64,000 nt of DNA from Enterobacteria phage vB_EcoM_IME339. The position numbers were made by a program, and so were the translations under genes. This document shows positions 48,352 to 57,211 of this stretch, one piece after another; within the stretch, counting starts at the first letter, position 1, and each line of letters starts with the position of its first letter. The stretch is from sequence record MH051915; one strand, written 5' to 3'. Under the pieces are notes generated by a model. The model did no database searches and was not told the origin of the DNA. It worked only from the letters and a program-made list of their open reading frames with translations.

Positions 48352-48533
48352 TGATTAGTATCGAACAAGCAGATAAAATTAAAGAATTGGTAGCTTTAAT
48401 TCGCAAAGCAGATGAGGAACGCGTTAACTTTGCCTTATCAGGTATTGAAGAATTTGAAGCTAAAGTTGATAATGCTTTAGAAGCTTTAGATATGTTTCTT
48501 GATGAAATTATCGATCATAATACGAGAGTTTAA
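48351..48533 (+). CDS. Hypothetical small protein
   Basis: Track start moved to ATG 48351 (MISIEQ), TAATG overlap. Confidence 0.45.
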   Translation: MISIEQADKIKELVALIRKADEERVNFALSGIEEFEAKVDNALEALDMFLDEIIDHNTRV

Positions 48534-48535
48534 GT

Positions 48536-48730
48536 ATGCTAACACGTGAACAGTTTGAAAAAATCATTAAATTAGCACGTGATATTGAAATAGATTCATA
48601 CCAATTGGCAGTTGAGCATTGTGAAGGATATTCATACGATGGTATAGAAGCAGCTAAAAAGGATTTGGATAAATCCAAAGCTAAGTTAGTTCAATATCTT
48701 GAAATGATTAGGTGGAATAATGAAAACTGA
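48536..48730 (+). CDS. Hypothetical small protein
   Basis: 64 aa. Confidence 0.45.
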   Translation: MLTREQFEKIIKLARDIEIDSYQLAVEHCEGYSYDGIEAAKKDLDKSKAKLVQYLEMIRWNNEN

Positions 48731-48893
48731 AAAGCAGATGTTTTTAATGAAGCTAATTGAAGAATATGCTAACGCAGTTTCTGACTATGAGTATTCTGCT
48801 CGGGAAAGAGGTACAGCTTTCGCAAAGGAAGAAATGAAAATCATGGTTGATGCTCACACAAAGCTTCAGAATTTTATTGAAAACGTCATTTAA
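48720..48893 (+). CDS. Hypothetical small protein (57 aa, below the ORF-track cut-off)
   Basis: ATG 48720 preceded by GGTGGAATAATG RBS; overlaps the upstream stop. Confidence 0.4.
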   Translation: MKTEKQMFLMKLIEEYANAVSDYEYSARERGTAFAKEEMKIMVDAHTKLQNFIENVI

Positions 48894-48930
48894 TAGTTTA
48901 CAGGTTGGCAAGGTTATGGTATAGTAATCT
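48890..48930 (+). promoter_or_regulatory. T4 early promoter
   Basis: GTTTACA -35 and TATGGTATAGTAAT -10 region. Confidence 0.6.
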
Positions 48931-48953
48931 TGTCAACTGTCAAGGAGAAGAGA

Positions 48954-49058
48954 ATGAAAGTTTTGTTTGTTGTGTATGTGATGATTCAATATAATTACCC
49001 AATGTTTACTTATAATCTGGTGAACAACATTATTGATATTATTCAAAGGAGTATGTAA
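48954..49058 (+). CDS. Candidate 34-aa hydrophobic leader peptide / micro-ORF
   Basis: Strong RBS AAGGAGAAGAGA then ATG; MKVLFVVYVMIQYNYPMFTYNLVNNIIDIIQRSM; stop lies 2 nt before the GTG start of the next gene. Confidence 0.3.
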   Translation: MKVLFVVYVMIQYNYPMFTYNLVNNIIDIIQRSM

Positions 49059-49060
49059 TT

Positions 49061-49618
49061 GTGAGTGAGTCGAAGAGAATCAATATGAAACGATTGGTAT
49101 TAGAAGTTAGTCCGCTTTTTGGCGAATTGGCTATAGAAAAAGTAAATAATATGTATCGTTTGACGCAAGAAGACGATATGCTATATTTTACGCCCAGTGA
49201 AATCATTCATTTAACCCAAATTGAAAATCCTTATACTGATAAAATTGTAAGCATTAATGATGAGCATAAAATTCATTTTTATTCTTCATGCCCAGGATTT
49301 AATATTGAAAGCGAGTCAATATGCTTATCAGTTATCCATTGGGACAGTTTTATAGATAAGATTAAATATTTTTATTATTCTAATGAAAGAAAACATAGTT
49401 TAAAATGGTTTAAAAATTGCAATGCTATTATTACTAACGCTTGCAATCAGAATGATGAAACTGTTTTAAACGTATCAAAATGTTATGAAGATGGAGACGT
49501 CTTAACTATTCGTCAAATTGACGATTTTCGATCGCATATTGTCACATTTACCAAAGACGAAGCTATTGCGCTAAAGACTTATCTTGATTCTGTCATTCCA
49601 ACTATGATTTCAAAGTGA
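49061..49618 (+). CDS. Hypothetical protein, paralogue A
   Basis: 185 aa from GTG 49061 (alternative ATG 49085); C-terminus KDEAIALKTYLDSVIPTMISK parallels the next ORF. Confidence 0.55.
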   Translation: MSESKRINMKRLVLEVSPLFGELAIEKVNNMYRLTQEDDMLYFTPSEIIHLTQIENPYTDKIVSINDEHKIHFYSSCPGFNIESESICLSVIHWDSFIDKIKYFYYSNERKHSLKWFKNCNAIITNACNQNDETVLNVSKCYEDGDVLTIRQIDDFRSHIVTFTKDEAIALKTYLDSVIPTMISK

Positions 49619-49624
49619 GGAAAT

Positions 49625-50146
49625 ATGTTTATTTCAAGTGGAAGTGGTTTAATTCGTGTTGAATTTAAAAATGACATCTTCCTTATTCAAGGAGACGATA
49701 TTATTAAAATGAGTTATGATGAAATTAAGAAAATTTGTAATGCTCTTGAAAATCATGGAAAGGTGAATGCTGTCATTGATATTGGCGATTTATGGGTGAC
49801 ACTTTATGAAGTATCCGAAGGATTTAACATTGAAGATGAAAACAACATCTTAGCTATTGATAAAAGAAGCGATTTGTTTGATGTGTTAAAAGTTTATGAA
49901 CAGTCAAACGGTGGAAGAAAAGCTGCATTGATTTATCAAAAACCACATTCATGTGGAACTGCTTCAATTATTTCAGATATTGAAGATGAAACTGATACTT
50001 ATATGTGTATTTTAAAAGCTGGTGGTGACCGTCATCCGGATTTTATTTCTATTCGTCAAAACAATGGAGAAATTTCATTATCAAAATCAGAAGCTGAAGC
50101 TATGATTAAGTATTTAACAACTGTTACACCTTCAATGAAAGGATGA
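49625..50146 (+). CDS. Hypothetical protein, paralogue B
   Basis: 173 aa; C-terminus KSEAEAMIKYLTTVTPSMKG parallels the previous ORF. Confidence 0.55.
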   Translation: MFISSGSGLIRVEFKNDIFLIQGDDIIKMSYDEIKKICNALENHGKVNAVIDIGDLWVTLYEVSEGFNIEDENNILAIDKRSDLFDVLKVYEQSNGGRKAALIYQKPHSCGTASIISDIEDETDTYMCILKAGGDRHPDFISIRQNNGEISLSKSEAEAMIKYLTTVTPSMKG

Positions 50147-50616
50147 TTATAATTATGGTTATTAATGAAAACTCTTGGCATTATAAATTATTCAAAATGT
50201 TTAACGACGAATGGAAACGACCTAAGACACTGTGCGCGTATTTTTGGTCTATTGTTATCCCTACATTTTTCGTTTCTTTATTCGGATGTACTATGCTCGC
50301 AGGTCTAACTATTATCTGCGCAGAAATCATACAGAAATGGCTTATTTTTGGTAGTTTATGGACTCTTATTCCATCAGCATTTATACTTGCCATTTTGCTT
50401 GTTTTACTTATTATTGGTTCATTTGTTATTCCTGCACAACTGCATGAAAAATATAAAGATTATAAATGGAAAAAGGATTATGCTTTACATGTAGAAAATA
50501 TTGATAGGGCGTATAAAGGTTTACCTCCTATTCAACCCAAGAAATCTATTATCGTCGAATTTTTAAAAGCGCGCAAAGCTAAAGTATGTCCTGTTATTGA
50601 ATATAAGGCTGAATGA
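50143..50616 (+). CDS. Integral membrane protein (hypothetical)
   Basis: 157 aa with 3-4 hydrophobic helices; ATGA overlap. Confidence 0.55.
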   Translation: MIIIMVINENSWHYKLFKMFNDEWKRPKTLCAYFWSIVIPTFFVSLFGCTMLAGLTIICAEIIQKWLIFGSLWTLIPSAFILAILLVLLIIGSFVIPAQLHEKYKDYKWKKDYALHVENIDRAYKGLPPIQPKKSIIVEFLKARKAKVCPVIEYKAE

Positions 50617-51626
50617 TGAAAACAGTAATGAAAAGCTATTTTGGTAGTCATCTTTATGGAACTTCTACTCCAGAATCTGATGTAGATTTTAAAGAAATCT
50701 TTGTTCCTCCTGCTCGCGATATTCTTATCGGAAATGTTAAAGAGCATATGAGTAAAAACACTAACAACACATCATCTAAAAACACTAAAGATGATATTGA
50801 CCACGAACTATACAGTCTTAAGTATTTCTTTAAATTAGCAGCAGATGGTGAAACTGTAGCATTGGATATGCTCCACACTCCACCTGAACTTGTAGTTAAA
50901 TCTGATTTGCCTGATGTATGGAAGTTTATTCAAGATAATCGTTCTCGTTTTTATACGACTAACATGAAATCCTATTTAGGGTATGTTCGCAAGCAAGCTT
51001 CTAAATACGGTGTTAAGGGTTCTCGTTTGGCCGCATTACGTGATGTATTGAAAGTAGTTAATCAAATCCCTGAGCAATGGGTTGATTACCAAGAAGACGG
51101 CTCCATTAAGCAGCGTCGCACTAAAGTTGAAGATATTAAGCATCGTCTTCCAGAGAACGAATTCTGTGAATGGGTATTCCATAATCATGAGAAAACAGGT
51201 CCACAAACGTTCTACACTGTGTTGGGTCGTAAATATCAAACAACGCTTTCTCTTATTGAGCTTAAGCAGTCACTGAATAAATTAGATGCTGAATACGGCG
51301 AACGTGCTCGTAAGGCTGAAGCGAATGAGGGCATCGACTGGAAAGCTCTGAGTCATGCTTGTCGTGGTGGACTCCAACTATTGGAAATTTACAAAACTGG
51401 TGACTTAGTCTATCCACTTCAAGACGCTCCATTTATTCTCGACGTGAAGTTGGGTAAACATCCATTTAAAACTGTTCAAGAGTTTTTGGAAGATGTGGTC
51501 GATCAAGTAGAAGCAGCATCCATTGAAGCTTCTAAGAACGGTATGCAGCAAAAAGTAGACATGGGTTTCTGGGATGACTTCCTTGAGAGGGTTTATCTTG
51601 AAAACCATCGAAGTTATTATAAATGA
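50613..51626 (+). CDS. Predicted nucleotidyltransferase (Pol-beta-like fold), nrdC.11-like by position
   Basis: 337 aa; N-terminal YFGSHLYGTSTPESDVDFKEIFV fits the G[GS]x(9-13)DxD nucleotidyltransferase motif. Confidence 0.65.
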   Translation: MMKTVMKSYFGSHLYGTSTPESDVDFKEIFVPPARDILIGNVKEHMSKNTNNTSSKNTKDDIDHELYSLKYFFKLAADGETVALDMLHTPPELVVKSDLPDVWKFIQDNRSRFYTTNMKSYLGYVRKQASKYGVKGSRLAALRDVLKVVNQIPEQWVDYQEDGSIKQRRTKVEDIKHRLPENEFCEWVFHNHEKTGPQTFYTVLGRKYQTTLSLIELKQSLNKLDAEYGERARKAEANEGIDWKALSHACRGGLQLLEIYKTGDLVYPLQDAPFILDVKLGKHPFKTVQEFLEDVVDQVEAASIEASKNGMQQKVDMGFWDDFLERVYLENHRSYYK

Positions 51627-51628
51627 TA

Positions 51629-51654
51629 GGGAGCCTTCGGGCTCCCTTTTTTAT
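51629..51654 (+). terminator. Rho-independent terminator
   Basis: GGGAGCC-TTCG-GGCTCCC hairpin followed by TTTTTTATTT. Confidence 0.8.
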
Positions 51655-51659
51655 TTCAA

Positions 51660-51712
51660 AATTTTTTCACAAAACGGTTTACAAGCATAAAGCTTTATGG
51701 TACTATACAACT
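51660..51712 (+). promoter_or_regulatory. T4 early promoter
   Basis: GTTTAC -35 and TGGTACTATAC -10; near-identical to the block at 36505. Confidence 0.7.
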
Positions 51713-51740
51713 ATCAACTGATACGGATTTGGAGAATAAA

Positions 51741-52709
51741 ATGAAAACTGTAACTATCAATAAGGGTATCTACTTCGGTAAAGAAATCTCTGGAACTTTT
51801 GAGCTCTTAGGCGAATGGTTCCCAGATAATGCTCCGGTAGATGCACAAGGAGATGGTAAAGTTTTTGTTGAAATTGACGGTAAACGTCGCGGTGTTTGGG
51901 TTTACAAATCAGATATTTCATATGATGGTGTAAAGGTTGAAGAAGTTAAAGAATCGTATGAAGATATGAAAACCCGCATTAATAAAAGATTTAATGTTAT
52001 GGGAATGATGACGAATGGTATTATTAATGGAAATATTCGTTCATTAATTATCTCTGGCGCAGCAGGTATTGGTAAAACGTATTCTTTAGATAAAGCTTTG
52101 AATAAAGCAAATGATATTGGATACATTGAATATAAAAGCATTAATGGTAAAATCTCTGGTATTGGTCTTTATGAGCAGCTTTGGAATAATCGTGAAGAGA
52201 ATTCTGTCCTTTTGATTGATGATGTGGATGTTTTCTCTGATATGGACATTCTTAATCTTCTAAAAGCCGCTCTGGACACCGGAGAGACCCGTAAAGTCTG
52301 CTGGAGCACTGCGTCTTCTTACTTAGAAGAAAAAGGCATTGAGCGTGAGTTTGAATTTAAAGGAACGATTGTTTTTATCACAAACGTTGACATTGACCGC
52401 GAATTAGACCGTGGTACTAAACTTGCTCCACACTTACAAGCATTAGTGTCCCGCTCGGTTTATTTAGATTTGGGTGTTCACACTAATGAAGAAATTATGG
52501 TCAGGGTTGAAGATGTTATTCTTTCAACTGACATGATGCAAAAGCGCGGTCTTTCTGATGAAGAAACTTATAAAGCATTATCATGGATGAAAGTTAATGT
52601 TAATCGTTTACGCAATGTTTCACTGCGTACTGCTCTTTATCTTGCTGACTTTATTATGACCGATAAAAACGGTTGGGAAGAAATCGCTGAGGTTACTCTT
52701 CTGAAATAA
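51741..52709 (+). CDS. AAA+ family ATPase (hypothetical), nrdC.10-like by position
   Basis: Track start 51729 is TTG; moved to ATG 51741; Walker A GAAGIGKT, Walker B LLIDDVD. Confidence 0.7.
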   Translation: MKTVTINKGIYFGKEISGTFELLGEWFPDNAPVDAQGDGKVFVEIDGKRRGVWVYKSDISYDGVKVEEVKESYEDMKTRINKRFNVMGMMTNGIINGNIRSLIISGAAGIGKTYSLDKALNKANDIGYIEYKSINGKISGIGLYEQLWNNREENSVLLIDDVDVFSDMDILNLLKAALDTGETRKVCWSTASSYLEEKGIEREFEFKGTIVFITNVDIDRELDRGTKLAPHLQALVSRSVYLDLGVHTNEEIMVRVEDVILSTDMMQKRGLSDEETYKALSWMKVNVNRLRNVSLRTALYLADFIMTDKNGWEEIAEVTLLK

Positions 52710-52810
52710 TTCATAAGAGGACTTCTATGACAAAAAGGCAGTTCAGAAATAGATTATATGGACTGCCATTAAAAAGATGACTAGAATTAAACTGGTGAAT
52801 GGAGGTAGTG

Positions 52811-53113
52811 ATGTTATACTCAAAGGCTCGTGAAATTTACGAAACTAAAATTAAAGAAGCAGTATTTCAGTTCGCAACGACAATGCGATGGACAAATGAC
52901 TGGGAGTATTCAAAAAATCATAAGAAGCCCATGGTGACAAGAAAGGCTCATATGTTAGTGTTAATAGACCGTGAGCAGATTAAAGCCCGAGAAGCCCTCC
53001 AGAATCATAAAAAGGCTGCCTTTGAATGGTTTATGGATAACACTGCTCCTGAGACCAAGAAAGCGGTAAGTGCATGGTTCAGTGGAAAAAATTGTGAAAG
53101 AAGTTTCTTTTAG
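52811..53113 (+). CDS. Hypothetical protein
   Basis: Start moved to ATG 52811 (MLYSKAREIY) after GGAGG RBS; 100 aa. Confidence 0.5.
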   Translation: MLYSKAREIYETKIKEAVFQFATTMRWTNDWEYSKNHKKPMVTRKAHMLVLIDREQIKAREALQNHKKAAFEWFMDNTAPETKKAVSAWFSGKNCERSFF

Positions 53114-53148
53114 TGGTTTACAAGACTGTTCCTCTGTGGTACTATACA
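53105..53148 (+). promoter_or_regulatory. T4 early promoter
   Basis: GTTTAC -35 and TGTGGTACTATAC -10; same leader block as at 36505 and 51660. Confidence 0.7.
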
Positions 53149-53173
53149 ACTATCAACTACGGAGGAACACAAA

Positions 53174-53701
53174 ATGAACGCTAAAGATATTTTCAACTTG
53201 GTAAATTACAACGATGGTAAATTTAAATCTGAAGCGCAAAGCAAGTTCTTTAACGACATCTCAATCGGAGGTGAAATCACTGTTGATGGAGGACAAATTT
53301 ACAAATCCCGTTGGAATTGGATCGTTATTATTGATGAGATCGGTATTGTAGAAATTTACAAAAATACGAATAAAAATCGTACATTGCACTGGTCTCGTGA
53401 TACTAACGAACAGTACAAAAAGGATAAAGCATCTAAATTATCTCGTGTAACTCAAGAAGATATTGAGTTCATCAAGAAAGATATTTTAATGTATGATAAT
53501 TTAATTGCTGAAGAGCAAGCTGTTATTGATAAATTTGACGAGATTAAAGCTTCTCGTGAAATTCCTGATTTTATGAAAGAATCGGTAAATGAACGATACA
53601 CTCTCATTTCAGAGCGTATTGAAACTTACAAAAAGCAAAGAGCTGAACGCCAAAATACTCTTCGGAAGTTTGAAGAACGGTTAAAGACGGTACTCGCATA
53701 A
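53174..53701 (+). CDS. Hypothetical protein
   Basis: 175 aa; GGAGGAACACAAAATG RBS. Confidence 0.55.
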   Translation: MNAKDIFNLVNYNDGKFKSEAQSKFFNDISIGGEITVDGGQIYKSRWNWIVIIDEIGIVEIYKNTNKNRTLHWSRDTNEQYKKDKASKLSRVTQEDIEFIKKDILMYDNLIAEEQAVIDKFDEIKASREIPDFMKESVNERYTLISERIETYKKQRAERQNTLRKFEERLKTVLA

Positions 53702-53756
53702 CCGCTTTATACCAAGGATGGTATAATGGTTCTAAGCCCTTTTAATTGAGATTATT

Positions 53757-54164
53757 ATGAAACAGTTGATAATTAAAAGATTGAATTTATTGATATGTTG
53801 TTTATGTGTAGTAGTTGCATATGGTTATTACGCAATTAATGATTATATGCATTATAAAGATTATGATGTTACTGTAGTTAATACCATTACAGGAACACAA
53901 GGAAAAGGGTCTAGTTTATCGTTTATTGCCGTATATGAACTCAAAGATGGTTATAGATTTGGTGAATATATTTCCCCAGAGATGTATTCTTCAATAGAAA
54001 AAGGTGATAATATTACTGTAAGTTTACGTCCTTTCGACGTAAAACAGACATGGTTTGATAATATTGTTTGGTTCTTTGGAATGGTATTAGTTCAATCTGT
54101 GTGTGGTGCTTATATAGTCTGTTCCATCTTATTCTGTATATTTAGTAAAATTGAAATTGAGTGA
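53757..54164 (+). CDS. Membrane protein (hypothetical)
   Basis: 135 aa with N- and C-terminal hydrophobic helices. Confidence 0.55.
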   Translation: MKQLIIKRLNLLICCLCVVVAYGYYAINDYMHYKDYDVTVVNTITGTQGKGSSLSFIAVYELKDGYRFGEYISPEMYSSIEKGDNITVSLRPFDVKQTWFDNIVWFFGMVLVQSVCGAYIVCSILFCIFSKIEIE

Positions 54165-54229
54165 GGAAAATATGTCAGTAGTAATTAATAATGTCAATGC
54201 AGTAATTAAATCTTTAGTTAATAAAAAAA

Positions 54230-55063
54230 ATGATGAATGAATGGACTGTATTTCGTCGTGGAGAGCCAGATAAATTTTTTCATAGATTTAACCCAACTTT
54301 GGATTTGAATGTTATCGACAGAGATGTTCATGCTGAAATTTTAGATAAGTTTAAAGTTGATATTGGATTTGGATTAGAAAAACATTTACAGCGAACAAAT
54401 GGATCTGGAATGAGTTTATCTAATCGCATTATGAAAGCCCTTAATAAAATTGGAGCGTTGTCTCGTATTAACGCGAGTGAAATTCTTCGTAATTATAATA
54501 AAGGATATGACCTTTATGGTCGACTAATGCCGAAGTTATCATTTGACCAAATGATTGCAGATTTGTGGGAAAATCAAAGACGATTATTAGCATTAGGCGC
54601 TCGATTAGCTAAAGGTCTAGATAAACAAATGATTTTTAAGACCAATAATACAGAAGACCTTAAATGCTTTAAATTTAGTATTCGTGGAGATGATTATTAC
54701 ATCAGAGCTCACTCTACAGATTATGTTAATATGGGTCATCATCTCTGTTTAGCTTTTGAAGTTTTAAAAGAAGCTGGAACATTAGAATATTCATCTGGGG
54801 CAAAATGTCCTATTGGTTCAAGTTGTATTTTAATTTATCGCCCGGATGAATCCAGTTCAACTACATTGCCTACGAAACCTGTACCAGTTCGTAGTAACGA
54901 AAAACATTCTGAACAAATTGATTATTTTAATAAACAGATTGAAGAGCTGAATATTTCTATTCAACAATATGACGATGAAATTTTCAGACTATCTGGATTG
55001 AGTAGTAAAGCTAAATCTGAGCGTGAAAAGTTAATTAAAATCGTTGATTTACTTAAATCTTAA
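54230..55063 (+). CDS. Hypothetical protein, member 1 of a four-gene paralogue family with C-terminal coiled coil
   Basis: 277 aa; shares the internal motif (W/F)xxQ(R/L)xL(L/K)xxAxRL and a C-terminal heptad-rich tail with the next three ORFs. Confidence 0.6.
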   Translation: MMNEWTVFRRGEPDKFFHRFNPTLDLNVIDRDVHAEILDKFKVDIGFGLEKHLQRTNGSGMSLSNRIMKALNKIGALSRINASEILRNYNKGYDLYGRLMPKLSFDQMIADLWENQRRLLALGARLAKGLDKQMIFKTNNTEDLKCFKFSIRGDDYYIRAHSTDYVNMGHHLCLAFEVLKEAGTLEYSSGAKCPIGSSCILIYRPDESSSTTLPTKPVPVRSNEKHSEQIDYFNKQIEELNISIQQYDDEIFRLSGLSSKAKSEREKLIKIVDLLKS

Positions 55064-55071
55064 GGAATACC

Positions 55072-56100
55072 ATGAAAACTCGTTCTCAAATTGAAGATAT
55101 GGTTCGTAATGCCAGCTATACTCGTGATGTTATGACATTTTTGTGTGAAAATAATTTAGACCCTGATAAAGTTAATCATGTTATTCATCACTTTAAGTAT
55201 ACAAATAGCAGTGAATGGATACGTAATTTTAGTAAAGCAGGGTATATTACACAAATGACGGCTCGTGAGCAGCTCACAGATTTCTGTAAAACTATTGATT
55301 ATAAAAATCCTCTATTTGTTCAAGGCGTTGGTCAAAGTAAGGTCGATTTATCATCTGGATTTTTCAATCCAAATCATTATCGTATTGAATGGAGATTTAT
55401 TGCTCTGTTCCGTAGACAATTAAAGCAAATTTTATCAACTGCGAGTCGATTGAAAGGTTCTGATATTAACTTAAAGAACCTGAAATTTGATGGTTATACT
55501 CTTCAGATGGAAGTAAGACCATTAAAAGAAAATAACAGAACTGCACGAATTAGCTTTAAACCTAATACAAAAAATTCTCTTTCAATTTGCGAATGCCTTA
55601 AATCGCAGTTGACAGAAGCATTTAAGTATATGGATGTTGTTGCTGCAGTTCATTCTAAGATTTTACCTCGTTTTGAGCGAAATTGGGAACATACAACAAC
55701 GTATGAACTTGATATGATCGTTTCATTTAAATATGAATTTTTGAGAAAGGACGAAGTTACACAAGAGAAAAAGCAAGAAGTGCAAGATAACTTAAATTTA
55801 AATTTATCCAATTACTCATCAAACGATCCTAAATGTTGGATGTACAGTTCAAGTAGTACAGATGCATGGAAACTTAATAAAGTGAGTTTTCTTCCTACTG
55901 AAAATTCAAATTTTAAACCTGTAGAAAAATGGCACGCCGATGCGATTGAGAAGTCTCTTAAAGCAGTAGATGATGAACTTGTTAAAGCAACTAATGAAAT
56001 GTTAGAAGCTGAAAAGGTGTTAGAACAAGCACAATCAAGAGTTCAAAATCTGACAAAGCAACGTTCTAAACTGAACAATGCACTAAATGCACTGAACTAG
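55072..56100 (+). CDS. Hypothetical protein, paralogue family member 2
   Basis: 342 aa; motif RFIALFRRQLKQILSTASRLKG; C-terminal coiled coil. Confidence 0.6.
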   Translation: MKTRSQIEDMVRNASYTRDVMTFLCENNLDPDKVNHVIHHFKYTNSSEWIRNFSKAGYITQMTAREQLTDFCKTIDYKNPLFVQGVGQSKVDLSSGFFNPNHYRIEWRFIALFRRQLKQILSTASRLKGSDINLKNLKFDGYTLQMEVRPLKENNRTARISFKPNTKNSLSICECLKSQLTEAFKYMDVVAAVHSKILPRFERNWEHTTTYELDMIVSFKYEFLRKDEVTQEKKQEVQDNLNLNLSNYSSNDPKCWMYSSSSTDAWKLNKVSFLPTENSNFKPVEKWHADAIEKSLKAVDDELVKATNEMLEAEKVLEQAQSRVQNLTKQRSKLNNALNALN

Positions 56101-56130
56101 TTTACTTTGCCACAAGGATGTGGTATAATG
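56095..56130 (+). promoter_or_regulatory. T4 early promoter
   Basis: GTTTAC -35 and TGTGGTATAAT extended -10 upstream of paralogue 3. Confidence 0.65.
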
Positions 56131-56157
56131 TTCTTACTTTCTACTGAGGAGATTATT

Positions 56158-57159
56158 ATGACTCGTAACGAATATATCAAATCATTCAATAGCGTTATTG
56201 ATGATAAAGTTAAACCCATGTCTAGTCAGAATGCTGTTCTTTCTATTATCAATCAATGGCTCAGCAGTATTGATGCAAGTATTGTTTCTTCCAGTAAATT
56301 TATTCATGAAGTTCGTGAAATTTCTAGCCGCGTAGATAAAGATGATATTAAGATAACCTTTAAAGGGTCTCGTCTTCTTTCATATTTGGTTAATCGGGAT
56401 ATTCTTGGTAATTTTGGGAAAGAAATTAAACGAACTAAAGGTGTAATAGGATACAATTGGTTCGGTGATGTTAATTCTTATCATCTTAATATTAAAGAAG
56501 ACCCTAAGAATATTTTTACTCGTCGTTGGATTAGTAATTTCAGACTTTTCAAGAAGCAACTTTTAAAATCAGCTTCTAAATTATGTTATGGTGATTATCG
56601 TCAAATTCATCCTTTGGCTTCTGATATGATTATCGTAAAAGAATATGAGCTTGATAAAAATAAAGTAGCTATTTTTGTGAATTATGAATTTTTTACACCA
56701 GAAGCTAACCAAAAGAATATTAATAAATTTTTCTCAATTGCTAGCACTATAACTCATCAATTAGAAACGGCTTTGGATTGTATGGAAACTGTAAAAAGTA
56801 TTCATACATATCCTTTCAAAAATATGGGTGGTTGGGAAGGATATAAAATTGTAATTAGTCTTCGTGAAGTGAAATGTGCGTACTCACCGACTGATAAAGA
56901 AATTTACCAACAAAAATGTGAAGAAATTGTGAATACTCCTAAAGAAGAAACTACCCTTGAGGAACTAATGGAATGTCTTGACGATTCACCTGAACCGGTA
57001 GAAATTCGTCCAGAAGTTATTGCACTAGAAAAAGCTTATAAAGAAGTTCTAGAAATTTCTAATAAAGCGCAGAAAGAATATGAGCAGGCTAAAAGGATTT
57101 GGGAAGAATCTGTTAATCGCCTGGATCGTCTTGAACAAGCTTTACAGTTAATTAAGTAA
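56158..57159 (+). CDS. Hypothetical protein, paralogue family member 3
   Basis: Track start 56107 is TTG inside the promoter; moved to ATG 56158 (MTRNEYIKSF) with GAGGAG RBS; motif RRWISNFRLFKKQLLKSASKL. Confidence 0.6.
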   Translation: MTRNEYIKSFNSVIDDKVKPMSSQNAVLSIINQWLSSIDASIVSSSKFIHEVREISSRVDKDDIKITFKGSRLLSYLVNRDILGNFGKEIKRTKGVIGYNWFGDVNSYHLNIKEDPKNIFTRRWISNFRLFKKQLLKSASKLCYGDYRQIHPLASDMIIVKEYELDKNKVAIFVNYEFFTPEANQKNINKFFSIASTITHQLETALDCMETVKSIHTYPFKNMGGWEGYKIVISLREVKCAYSPTDKEIYQQKCEEIVNTPKEETTLEELMECLDDSPEPVEIRPEVIALEKAYKEVLEISNKAQKEYEQAKRIWEESVNRLDRLEQALQLIK

Positions 57160-57211
57160 TTTAAAGCCAAGGATGGCTCGGAGTATAAATCATTAACCAA
57201 GTGAGAAGAAC

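Noticed and set aside
52727-52780. 17-codon ORF (MTKRQFRNRLYGLPLKR) and a GGCAGT...ACTGCC inverted repeat after the AAA ATPase gene
   Set aside because: Too short with a weak RBS; the 6-bp stem with a 20-nt loop is not a convincing terminator or regulatory hairpin.
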